NCBI GenBank assembly: GCA_964634875.1
Contig: CAZWKA010000009.1
Span: forward strand, 1-47,546
Direction of reading: 5' to 3'
From: an uncultured Gammaproteobacteria bacterium
Lineage (GTDB): Bacteria > Patescibacteriota > Patescibacteriia > Magasanikbacterales > GWA2-37-8
DNA: 47,546 nucleotides
The notes under the pieces were generated by a model. That model was not told where the DNA came from and ran no database searches. It saw only the letters and a list, made by a program, of their open reading frames with translations. Position numbers and translations under genes: made by a program. Below are positions 16,998 through 24,681 of this stretch, piece after piece. The stretch's first letter is position 1. Each line of letters begins with the position of its first letter.

Positions 16998-17372
16998 CTA
17001 TTGACCAAGCCTGCTAAAGACAAATTTCGTCAGGGCGTAGGACAAACTAACGATAACTAAGCCAATAATTGCGGCTGTCAGGGTGTCTTTGGCTTGTTGG
17101 ATAAACTCGTCATTACCCCGAGCCAGCATCCAGCGGATACCTGCGTAAAGGGTAAGGCCAAAAAAAACGAACATAAGGACAACCAAAGCACCCGAAATAA
17201 TCTTGTTAACCAAGGACGGAACCGTATTGCTTGTTCCTGATGTGTCGTACCCCACCGCGCCCCCGGTTGTGTTGAGACCATAACCGTCGGCAGCCAGGGC
17301 GACCTGATTACTTGCAAAAAAAGAGGCAAGCAAGAATAAAAAGACGGCTGTTTGTTTAAAAAAATTTTTCAT
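16998..17372 (-). CDS. VirB2/TrbC-like pilin (CPR T4SS-pilin family), solitary copy
   Basis: A signal peptide followed by two TM helices flanking YAGIRWMLARGNDEFIQQAKDTLTAAIIGL. The same core occurs in the array at 19786-24671. The start is placed at the internal Met (MKNFFKQ). Confidence 0.75.
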   Translation of the reverse strand: MKNFFKQTAVFLFLLASFFASNQVALAADGYGLNTTGGAVGYDTSGTSNTVPSLVNKIISGALVVLMFVFFGLTLYAGIRWMLARGNDEFIQQAKDTLTAAIIGLVIVSLSYALTKFVFSRLGQ

Positions 17373-17467
17373 AATCCTTAAGACAGTAGAACATGTAAAC
17401 AAGTACGCTTGTTTCAATGCTCTACTGTTATTGTTTTCATGTTTTAATGAACAAATAGTACCATACC

Positions 17468-17496
17468 TTGCGTTTTGTGTAAAAACAAACTAGAAT
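17468..17496 (+). promoter_or_regulatory. Candidate promoter of the tRNA-Arg/tRNA-His pair
   Basis: TTGCGT (17468-17473), a 17-nt spacer, then TAGAAT (17491-17496), 13 nt upstream of tRNA-Arg. Confidence 0.5.
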
Positions 17497-17509
17497 AGCC
17501 TCGTTTTAT

Positions 17510-17581
17510 GTCCCTGTAGTTCAATGGATAGAACGAGAGCCTTCTAAGCTCTAGATCTAGGTTCGATTCCTAGCGGGGACA
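17510..17581 (+). tRNA. tRNA-Arg (anticodon UCU)
   Basis: Acceptor GTCCCTG/CGGGGAC, D arm GTTC-AATGGATA-GAAC, anticodon stem AGAGC/GCTCT with loop CTTCTAA, and T arm CTAGG-TTCGATT-CCTAG. Confidence 0.9.
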
Positions 17582-17594
17582 CACTGAAAAATAT

Positions 17595-17704
17595 CAAAAT
17601 CCTAAGTCCTAATGCCTAAAAGCCTAGACGCTTGCAAAAATATTAAAATCTAGGTACTATCAGAACGTCGGCTTCCTTTTTAGGAATTAGAAATTAGGAT
17701 TTTG
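17595..17704. repeat. Imperfect inverted repeat of about 29 nt in the tRNA-Arg/tRNA-His spacer
   Basis: Left arm 17595-17622 is CAAAATCCTAAGTCCTAATGCCTAAAAG. Right arm 17676-17704 is CTTTTTAGGAATTAGAAATTAGGATTTTG. The arms are reverse complements apart from about four differences. Confidence 0.6.
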
Positions 17705-17733
17705 ACATTACTTGCCGAAGGCAAGTGTGTGAT

Positions 17734-17806
17734 GGTGGCCATGGTATAATGGTTATTACGGGAGGTTGTGGTCCTCTCAATACGGGTTCAATTCCCGTTG
17801 GCCACC
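17734..17806 (+). tRNA. tRNA-His (anticodon GUG) with encoded G-1
   Basis: An extra 5' G precedes acceptor GTGGCCA/TGGCCAC. The anticodon loop is TTGTGGT and the T arm is ACGGG-TTCAATT-CCCGT. Confidence 0.9.
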
Positions 17807-17850
17807 CCTAAGAAACACCCGCCCAAAGCGGTTGTTTTTATTTTTAAATA

Positions 17851-17883
17851 AATGACCCTGGTTCACTGTGAACCAGGGTCATT
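17851..17883. repeat. Perfect 16-bp-arm palindrome
   Basis: AATGACCCTGGTTCAC-t-GTGAACCAGGGTCATT. It lies between tRNA-His and the 3' end of the GC-rich lipoprotein gene. Confidence 0.7.
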
Positions 17884-18018
17884 ATTACTATTTTCCCAAG
17901 AACCGTCCCTACCCCTAGCAAAAAAAGTTTTTTACCACAGGTAGGAGGACGGTTCAGGCTGAACCCTTCTCGAAGCCAGTGCTACAGGAGCTTGGCTGAG
18001 GAATAAGGAGCAGAGAGA

Positions 18019-18549
18019 CTAGTTCGACGTCAGGACTTCCGCATCCGCGAGGGTCGGCAGGAACTCACGACAGCGATACCGAGCTTTGTACGAGTCGATC
18101 TTGTGCGGCTCGTATACCGCTCCGTCGACCAGGTCGCGGAGCATGTAGTTGCAGGTGGCGTAGGCCGGGTCGTCGGCGGGCTTCTCGTCAATGACGACAT
18201 ACACGATAGCCCCATGCGCGGCATCGCCCGGCGAGAGGATCTTCTTCTTGGTTCCGCACAAGTACTTATTATCGGCCACGCGCCAGCAAATCTTGCGGAC
18301 ACCTCCCCGCAGCTCGATCGAGTGCTGCCCAACCGGCGTCGCTTCCCCACCACAATACAAATCTGCCTCAGGATTCGGCTTGCCGTCATCATCGAAGTAC
18401 TGATTGCCGACAGCAACCCAACCTTCTTCGGCGCACCATGGAAGCGTGCCCGCAAAGGCAGCGTGGTCAGGTCGACCAGCGTCTTTCACACTCTGGCCAG
18501 CACACGCAAACAGGCACAAAAGGGCAATTGACAAGAATCTTTTCTTCAT
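18019..18549 (-). CDS. Hypothetical lipoprotein, GC-rich gene (islet 1)
   Basis: 176 aa with a signal peptide and lipobox LFAC-A. The mature part has six Cys. SD GGGAGGAG lies upstream. Codon third positions are strongly G/C-biased. The ORFs overlapping it in other frames are GC artefacts. Confidence 0.7.
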   Translation of the reverse strand: MKKRFLSIALLCLFACAGQSVKDAGRPDHAAFAGTLPWCAEEGWVAVGNQYFDDDGKPNPEADLYCGGEATPVGQHSIELRGGVRKICWRVADNKYLCGTKKKILSPGDAAHGAIVYVVIDEKPADDPAYATCNYMLRDLVDGAVYEPHKIDSYKARYRCREFLPTLADAEVLTSN

Positions 18550-18662
18550 CAGCTCCTCCCAAAAGGATCATCAGTACATAGCACAAAAAGAAGTATCGGT
18601 CAAGATCTACACCGAAAACATTGCCTTTTTTAGCCATTTTTGGTATACCTACTTATATAACT

Positions 18663-19742
18663 ATGCCTACTAAACGCCAAAAAATATTGATTATTTCCTG
18701 CCTTGCAGGCATGGGTCATGTCCGAGCAGCCCAGGCACTTCTTCTGAGCGCCTCGGAAAACCATCCCGAGTTTGACTGCAGGCACATTGATGCTGTCGAT
18801 TATTGCGGCCCGCTTTTAAAAACCTCGATTGTTGATTCGTACGAAATTCTTATCAAACATTGGCCCGGGTTATTTAAAAAAATTTTTGAGTACACCGACA
18901 CCCCGGCTGGCAAAGATTCTTTTGAAAAAAGCATTTTTTTATTGCAGCAAGGCAACAAAAAACTTATCGACTACATTAAAGATTTCAAGCCAGACCGTAT
19001 TATCGTAACGCATTTTTTGATCCCCCTGCTCCTCAAAAAATTTAACGGCCGCTTCCCGATTGACATGGTGGTTACTGATTATTACGCCAACCTACTTTGG
19101 ATCAATCCGACCGTCCGGCACCTCTTTGTGGCGACCGAAGCTATCAAAGAAGCTTTCAAGACTGACCACCCGTCAATCGTCGTCAGCGGCATTCCGGTCA
19201 ATCCTCGTTTTTTTAAACCCAAAAATATTCCCGAACTTAAAAAGAAATTTGGCCTTCCGGCCGGAAAAAAAGTAGTATTGATCCTTTCGGGTGGAATGGG
19301 ACCAATTGACACCAGCACCGCAACCGAAACCATTCTTCAGCAAGTGAAGAATATCAGTGTTATTGCGGTTGCCGGAAAGCATAATGGCGAGCTGCTTGAA
19401 AAACTGCAAAAATTATCAGGCGGCAAAAACCACTACCAAGCGCTCTCCTTTGTGGAAAAAGTCGACGAACTCATGGCCCTCGCCGACATTATTGTCACTA
19501 AACCCGGCGGGCTCACGACGAGCGAAGTATTGTATCTTAAAAAACCCCTCGTGATGATTAACCCTATCCCGGGACAAGAAGAGAAGAATGCCGGTTTTGT
19601 CATTAAACACAATTACGGGTGTTTAGCGACTACAACAAGTGAACTTCCGGGGCTCATTAATCGAATACTGGATGAACCAAATTTTTTGACTAAACCACCT
19701 GATTTACCAAACCCAAACGAAATAATCCTCACTACTAACTAA
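18663..19742 (+). CDS. MGDG-synthase-like / GT28-family diacylglycerol glycosyltransferase
   Basis: KILIISCLAGMGHVRAAQAL is an MGDG_synth-type N-terminus. VTKPGGLTTSEVLYLKKPLVMINPIPGQEEKNA is a GT-B C-terminal nucleotide-sugar motif. The start is at the ATG at 18663. Confidence 0.75.
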   Translation: MPTKRQKILIISCLAGMGHVRAAQALLLSASENHPEFDCRHIDAVDYCGPLLKTSIVDSYEILIKHWPGLFKKIFEYTDTPAGKDSFEKSIFLLQQGNKKLIDYIKDFKPDRIIVTHFLIPLLLKKFNGRFPIDMVVTDYYANLLWINPTVRHLFVATEAIKEAFKTDHPSIVVSGIPVNPRFFKPKNIPELKKKFGLPAGKKVVLILSGGMGPIDTSTATETILQQVKNISVIAVAGKHNGELLEKLQKLSGGKNHYQALSFVEKVDELMALADIIVTKPGGLTTSEVLYLKKPLVMINPIPGQEEKNAGFVIKHNYGCLATTTSELPGLINRILDEPNFLTKPPDLPNPNEIILTTN

Positions 19743-19744
19743 AA

Positions 19745-19770
19745 ATCCCCGGCCGAGCCGGGGATTTTTT
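19745..19770. terminator. Bidirectional rho-independent terminator
   Basis: ATCCCCGGC-cga-GCCGGGGAT, flanked by an A-run and a T-run, between convergent genes. Confidence 0.75.
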
Positions 19771-19785
19771 AAATAAGTAAAATAC

Positions 19786-20169
19786 TTAGCCCCATGTCCC
19801 ATCAAGCAATATCTCAAATACAGCATAGGTTATAGCATAGGCCGACAGAATAATCGCAAGGCCGATGGTAGCGTTAATCATAATTGATTTGGCCGTACCG
19901 ATCTGCTCACTATTGCCGCCAGCTGTCATCCATTGAAACCCAGCGTAAAGCATGAGCACCACCGCAATGATCCCGAGGATTCCCAAAAAAATCCGTATCG
20001 TAAAGGCTACGGTATCGCGCGGATCTGATTGAGTGAGGCCGGTCTTGGCACCACCCGCATCCAATTGGCGATTAATATCGTTGGTTAAACTATTTTGAGC
20101 ATAGACTGGGACCGATAGAAAAGAGCCCGCCAACACCACCAAAAGAAAACGAGTAAAAAAAGATTTCAT
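19786..20169 (-). CDS. VirB2/TrbC-like pilin paralog
   Basis: Signal peptide (..VPVYAQ) and the core LYAGFQWMTAGGNSEQIGTAKSIMINATIGLAIILSAYAIT. Confidence 0.8.
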   Translation of the reverse strand: MKSFFTRFLLVVLAGSFLSVPVYAQNSLTNDINRQLDAGGAKTGLTQSDPRDTVAFTIRIFLGILGIIAVVLMLYAGFQWMTAGGNSEQIGTAKSIMINATIGLAIILSAYAITYAVFEILLDGTWG

Positions 20170-20174
20170 ACTTT

Positions 20175-20723
20175 TTAATCTTCAACACAAATATATCCAC
20201 CTGGGCAACTGTCTGTCCCCTCCGGAACTTCTTGGTCGTTTGGCATCATGCTGTCTTCGTCCACGCACGCAGTGTTTGGTAAATCAGGCGAATCGCATTG
20301 CAAAATATCACCGTCCACACCTCCAATTTCTACCCCTGAAGTAGACTGAGTTAATTTATCCACCACAAAGGTGGTAATTGCATACGCCGAGAGAGTAATA
20401 AAAAGACCGATGATTGCAGCTGAAATAATATTTTTAGCAGTAGTAATCTGCTCTTCTGCGCCGCGAGCAGTCATCCAAAGGAAACCAGCATACACGGTCA
20501 GTGCTAAAAAAATAATACCTGACAGCGATAAGACAGCTTTAATAACCCGGCCAACGGTCTCAGCTAAAGCGGTGTCACTAGCTCCAGAATCATAACCAGC
20601 AGTACCAGCCACCTTACCCGCTAAACCATTACTGCCAAGGCCGATGTCGGGCGCCCCTTGGGCACTGGCTAGCGGCAAGAAAAAAGAAAGGCTAAGTACT
20701 GCCAAAAGAAATATTTTTTTCAT
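20175..20723 (-). CDS. VirB2/TrbC-like pilin paralog with C-terminal 4-Cys extension
   Basis: Core VYAGFLWMTARGAEEQITTAKNIISAAIIGLFITLSAYAIT. The tail is ..LQCDSPDLPNTACVDED...SCPGGYICVED. Confidence 0.8.
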   Translation of the reverse strand: MKKIFLLAVLSLSFFLPLASAQGAPDIGLGSNGLAGKVAGTAGYDSGASDTALAETVGRVIKAVLSLSGIIFLALTVYAGFLWMTARGAEEQITTAKNIISAAIIGLFITLSAYAITTFVVDKLTQSTSGVEIGGVDGDILQCDSPDLPNTACVDEDSMMPNDQEVPEGTDSCPGGYICVED

Positions 20724-20728
20724 AAAGA

Positions 20729-21244
20729 CTATTTAAGACAAACATCATTTGCCCCCGGACAATACCCACCATCAACCGGAACTCGGTTATCACCCGTATT
20801 CCATGGTCCACAGGTTCCACCAATCTGGGCGCATGGCTGGCGCCCCTCACTGTCAACGGCATTACCACCTGAATTAGCATTAGCGAGGCGACTGCCGATA
20901 AAATACGTAATTGCATACGCCGACAAGGTAATAGCAAGACCAATAATAGCCGCACGGATAATATTTTTGGAAGTCGTAATCTGTTCTTCCGCGCCGCGAG
21001 CGGTCATCCACAAAATACCAGCGTAGATAATGAGTACCAAAAAAATAGTACCAATAAGCGACAGGACTACCTTAATGATTCCACCAACCGTTTCCCCAAG
21101 GTCTGCCCTGCTTAAACCCGTGGATTGATTGGCCGCATCTAGTTTGTTGAGGCCAGCACTGAGTTGCGCATGACTGGCGGCAAAAGGCACAAACAACGCC
21201 GTAGCTAGGGCAAGAATGAAAAAAAATCTTTTCATACGTAACAA
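20729..21244 (-). CDS. VirB2/TrbC-like pilin paralog with C-terminal 4-Cys extension
   Basis: Core IYAGILWMTARGAEEQITTSKNIIRAAIIGLAITLSAYAIT, nearly identical to the preceding paralog. The tail is ..PCAQIGGTCGPW...YCPGANDVCLK. Confidence 0.8.
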   Translation of the reverse strand: MLRMKRFFFILALATALFVPFAASHAQLSAGLNKLDAANQSTGLSRADLGETVGGIIKVVLSLIGTIFLVLIIYAGILWMTARGAEEQITTSKNIIRAAIIGLAITLSAYAITYFIGSRLANANSGGNAVDSEGRQPCAQIGGTCGPWNTGDNRVPVDGGYCPGANDVCLK

Positions 21245-21253
21245 ATAAAGTGT

Positions 21254-21817
21254 TTAAGACGGTTTAATACTGCAGAGCAAAATATCCTGTCCATTTTTGA
21301 CACAAATACCACCGGGCGTCGAATTTAAAACACAGGTATCGAGCTCTTGTTTTCCACGACATGCAATTGCTGCGGCATCTTCAGAACTCGCACCGCCAGA
21401 ACCGGTTGTTACGCCACCAACCAAACTTTCGAACACAAACCGTGAAATAGCATAGGAACCCATGACTATCAACAACCCAATCACCGCAGACTGCATAATA
21501 TCCTTTGCCTTCGTAACAGCTTCACTGTTGCCGCGGGCTGTCATCCACATGATACCTGCATAAAAAATAAGCACAAAAAACACCAAGGCCAACAGCGAAA
21601 GAATCGCTGCGATAATTTTACCGATGAGCTCAGGCACGCTACTCGCATCAAGAATACTTTCTGGCAAAAGGTCGCCGGTCGCATCACGCGTATCACTAAT
21701 ACCATATTTGTCAGCACTAACTATGGCCGGAACAAAAGAAAGCCCGATACTAACTACCAGGAGGAGGAGAAGTGTCTTAACAAAAGACATAGATAAAGAC
21801 ATTAGAAGATGAAACAT
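21254..21817 (-). CDS. VirB2/TrbC-like pilin paralog with C-terminal 4-Cys extension
   Basis: Core FYAGIMWMTARGNSEAVTKAKDIMQSAVIGLLIVMGSYAIS. The tail is ..IACRGKQELDTCVLNSTPGGICVKNGQDILLCS. The ORF-track start at 21991 overlaps the upstream gene. A real start at 21817, 21802 or 21790 is likelier but unresolved. Confidence 0.7.
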   Translation of the reverse strand: MFHLLMSLSMSFVKTLLLLLVVSIGLSFVPAIVSADKYGISDTRDATGDLLPESILDASSVPELIGKIIAAILSLLALVFFVLIFYAGIMWMTARGNSEAVTKAKDIMQSAVIGLLIVMGSYAISRFVFESLVGGVTTGSGGASSEDAAAIACRGKQELDTCVLNSTPGGICVKNGQDILLCSIKPS

Positions 21818-21863
21818 TCCCGTCAGGGGGCGCAGCGCCGCTTGCCCCCTGCGGAAAAACTTC

Positions 21864-22301
21864 TTATAAATTACCGCCTGAGGTAGTCGCTGTAACGAGA
21901 CTACTGACGACAAAGTTTGCGATAGCGTAGGCTGACAAAATGATTGCCAAACCGATGATACCACTGAAAATCCATTTTTTAGCTTCACCAACTTTTTCTT
22001 CGTTACCTCCAGCTGTCATCCAGGTAAAGCCACCGATCAAAATGATAACTACGGCAATGATACCGAGGAGCCCCATGGCTACTCTGATGATGTTTCCAAT
22101 CGTAATGCGGACGTCTGTTGAAGCAAGTCCGGTTGCTGCACCATATTGAATACCAAGGTCGCTTTCGTTAATTGGTCGAGTAGGCTGAGCTGCTGGAACT
22201 GTTCCAGCCCCTTGCGCGTTAACCGCGAGCGGGAAAACAGCTGTCATACCCATCACCAAAAAAGTAGCGATGCTTGCAAGTTTGTGTTTGAATCGTGTCA
22301 T
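21864..22301 (-). CDS. VirB2/TrbC-like pilin paralog
   Basis: A strong SD (AAGGAGGTGA) precedes the ATG. There is a signal peptide and the core LIGGFTWMTAGGNEEKVGEAKKWIFSGIIGLAIILSAYAIA. Confidence 0.85.
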   Translation of the reverse strand: MTRFKHKLASIATFLVMGMTAVFPLAVNAQGAGTVPAAQPTRPINESDLGIQYGAATGLASTDVRITIGNIIRVAMGLLGIIAVVIILIGGFTWMTAGGNEEKVGEAKKWIFSGIIGLAIILSAYAIANFVVSSLVTATTSGGNL

Positions 22302-22399
22302 ATCTTCACCTCCTTTCCAAGACTGAAAATAGTACTCATAGAAGAACAGTTAGTTAACCTGTTTAGTTCTTATTTGCGTCTTCAGTATAGCACACCAAA

Positions 22400-22783
22400 T
22401 TATTTACTGCCAGTTAAAAACTCGACGTAGGTTGTTAAGAATAGATAGCTGCCGAAGACGACCGCAAGACCGATAACCGCCCAGAGCATTGTTTGCGTGC
22501 CTTCATGCACTTTCTCGTCATTCCCTGCCGACGTCAGCCATTTGAAACCACCCAAGACTAACATAAAAAGCGTTACTGAACCAACAACCCCGAGCGCTGC
22601 CTTGATGATCGTACCAATAAGGGAAGTTACCTGGAGCTTGCCCTTAAGTGGGCTTTCAAGACATTGGCGGCCTTCCGGACAAGTTGTGCTAGTGGTTGCC
22701 GGAGCGGTTTGGGCAAGTGCGGCAGAGGGCGCGGTAAGCAATAAAAAACCAAGGAGTACCGCAAGCGTAATATTTTTAAACAT
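22400..22783 (-). CDS. VirB2/TrbC-like pilin paralog
   Basis: Signal peptide and the core VLGGFKWLTSAGNDEKVHEGTQTMLWAVIGLAVVFGSY. Confidence 0.8.
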   Translation of the reverse strand: MFKNITLAVLLGFLLLTAPSAALAQTAPATTSTTCPEGRQCLESPLKGKLQVTSLIGTIIKAALGVVGSVTLFMLVLGGFKWLTSAGNDEKVHEGTQTMLWAVIGLAVVFGSYLFLTTYVEFLTGSK

Positions 22784-22791
22784 ATACTATA

Positions 22792-23976
22792 TTAGCCAAG
22801 CGTCTTAAAGATAAAATTAACCAAGATGTAACTCGACAGAATCGCAACAACCCCAGCCGTTGTCCAGATAATAGTCTTTTTCGCGACTTCAATACTTTCA
22901 CTACTCCCTGCTGCGGTCGCCCAACGGATACCACTCCAGACGTACAAAGCGAGAGCAATGGAACCCATGAACGAAAGCAGCACTTTAATTACTTGACCAA
23001 TCACAGCTGCTGGTGATTTAAAATTAGGCAACTGGTTAAGTGTTGCGGCTTCAGTCAATAATTTATCTTTGCCAATACCTGGATTTTGTTTATCTGCGGC
23101 TGCCTGGCCTTGTAGGGTTAAAGAATCACACTTTCCATCAGCCGGGAGCGGATACGTCTTTATGTTTTCGCCAGTACCACACACCGGGAAATCACCATAC
23201 CCATCAACTTTTTCGCAGTTATACTTACTAGCTCCCGAAATAGAGCTTTTTTCAACAAAGGTACAACAGCACTTAGACGTTGTATGGAATACGGGCTTAT
23301 CGCAAAAAAGCGAAGCCCCCATATACTCCTTTGGCTTACAATTATTAGCGCCCTGCTCACAGCGCAGAGCACAACCAGTAGCTGGCGTTAGGCGAGTCAA
23401 AAAATCATTAAGCTGGTCTGTAGCCGGACCTGGGTCAGGCTTATTTCCACCTGCAAAGGTAATTTTGCTATGATCTTTATAATCAACAATTAAATCATAA
23501 TTTCCATAACGTCCTTTTTGCCCATCCGCAAGCGCCGTTGTGCTCCCGCGCTGGTACGTATAATTATATTTACAGGAGCAGCCATCTGCCAGCTTATCTT
23601 TTTTAAATTCGCAGCTAGCGTTACTACCCTTTATAATCAAGCCTGTCGAAAACTCCAGATTACAGGTTGGATCCGCGGCGGTTGACCTGATAGTCATCGA
23701 TGAACGAACTCCGTCATAGTCGGAAAAAATACCGTTACTTTTATAGTACAAGACCCGGTTGTTGGAGTTACAAAAATCTAAATTAAATTTAACCCCTCCC
23801 ACATTCCCACTACACGCACAACGAACCTTGCCAAAGGCATTAAGATAATTATCACATTCTTTTCCTACCGCAGCCTTCATGGCGTTGATTATGGTGTTAG
23901 GATCCTCCATCGCAAAAACGGTTTGGCCCAACAGAAAACTTGCCAGGAAACCTATAAATATGAAAGCTTTTTTCAT
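22792..23976 (-). CDS. Pilin paralog fused to a Cys-rich N-terminal ectodomain of about 300 aa
   Basis: A signal peptide, 18 Cys by my count between aa 40 and 295, then the C-terminal pilin core VWSGIRWATAAGSSESIEVAKKTIIWTTAGVVAILSSY. Confidence 0.8.
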   Translation of the reverse strand: MKKAFIFIGFLASFLLGQTVFAMEDPNTIINAMKAAVGKECDNYLNAFGKVRCACSGNVGGVKFNLDFCNSNNRVLYYKSNGIFSDYDGVRSSMTIRSTAADPTCNLEFSTGLIIKGSNASCEFKKDKLADGCSCKYNYTYQRGSTTALADGQKGRYGNYDLIVDYKDHSKITFAGGNKPDPGPATDQLNDFLTRLTPATGCALRCEQGANNCKPKEYMGASLFCDKPVFHTTSKCCCTFVEKSSISGASKYNCEKVDGYGDFPVCGTGENIKTYPLPADGKCDSLTLQGQAAADKQNPGIGKDKLLTEAATLNQLPNFKSPAAVIGQVIKVLLSFMGSIALALYVWSGIRWATAAGSSESIEVAKKTIIWTTAGVVAILSSYILVNFIFKTLG

Positions 23977-23984
23977 AACTAAAA

Positions 23985-24671
23985 TTACAAAAGACGAAAC
24001 GACTCTTGAAGCCCCAAACTCTGACCTAAGAAATTAACCAGTATATAACCACCAAAAGCAATCAAAAGACCAACCACGACCGCAACCATAATATTTTTGC
24101 CATTCTGAATTTTTTCACTATTTCCTTGGGAAATAATCAGTGTGAAACCGCCATAGACGAACATAAGGAGCGACAGTCCTCCAATGATCGAAAACACATA
24201 GCGGCTAATATTAATAGCCAAAATAATAAAAATATTAATATCTCGACATTCACTTGTTAGCTCATCTTGCAGCGCACAATCGGGGATAAACTGACTCTTG
24301 GTAGAATTGATGCCAACGGCTGCCGAAGCAGTCGCTTTCAATTTTGCTTCTTTATTCTTTACCCAAACTTGGTAGGCATCCTCACAACTAGTCTGGTTAT
24401 CGAAATTGTTAGTACAGCCATCGTAGTCTTCGCCATAGAGCGCTTTAATTCCTTCTGCCGTACACTGATTCTGCGGCACCTTGTCAGCGCAGTGGTTTGC
24501 TGCCGTTACTTCATCTCCCACAGTTGCATAATTATCGGTAGTAATCTTGTCGAGATTATCATTGCACATGCAAAAATCACTGGCTGCCTGAGCAATCCTG
24601 AAGCTTCCTAACAAACCAACGGCACAAAGAATTCCCAAGAATATTAGCCGTTGCCTCTTAAAAAAAAGCAT
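23985..24671 (-). CDS. Pilin paralog fused to a Cys-rich N-terminal ectodomain of about 120 aa
   Basis: A signal peptide, a Cys-containing acidic domain, then VYGGFTLIISQGNSEKIQNGKNIMVAVVVGLLIAFGGY. Confidence 0.75.
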   Translation of the reverse strand: MLFFKRQRLIFLGILCAVGLLGSFRIAQAASDFCMCNDNLDKITTDNYATVGDEVTAANHCADKVPQNQCTAEGIKALYGEDYDGCTNNFDNQTSCEDAYQVWVKNKEAKLKATASAAVGINSTKSQFIPDCALQDELTSECRDINIFIILAINISRYVFSIIGGLSLLMFVYGGFTLIISQGNSEKIQNGKNIMVAVVVGLLIAFGGYILVNFLGQSLGLQESFRLL

Positions 24672-24681
24672 AATTTTTGAT

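Noticed and set aside
18030-18531. ORFs 18030-18455 (-), 18103-18531 (+) and 18191-18403 (+) overlap the islet-1 lipoprotein gene.
   Set aside because: High-GC DNA leaves alternative frames open. These products are Arg/Pro/Ser-rich nonsense with no start context. Only the 18019-18549 frame has an SD, a signal peptide and a lipobox.
21818-21991. The ORF track extends the N-terminus of the pilin paralog at 21254 by 58 aa.
   Set aside because: The extension overlaps the 3' end of the upstream pilin gene by 128 nt and precedes the obvious signal peptide, so an internal Met is far more plausible. Similar trimming was applied at 2494, 17417, 18621, 31035, 31437, 32486, 33562, 34791, 38149, 44082 and 44713.
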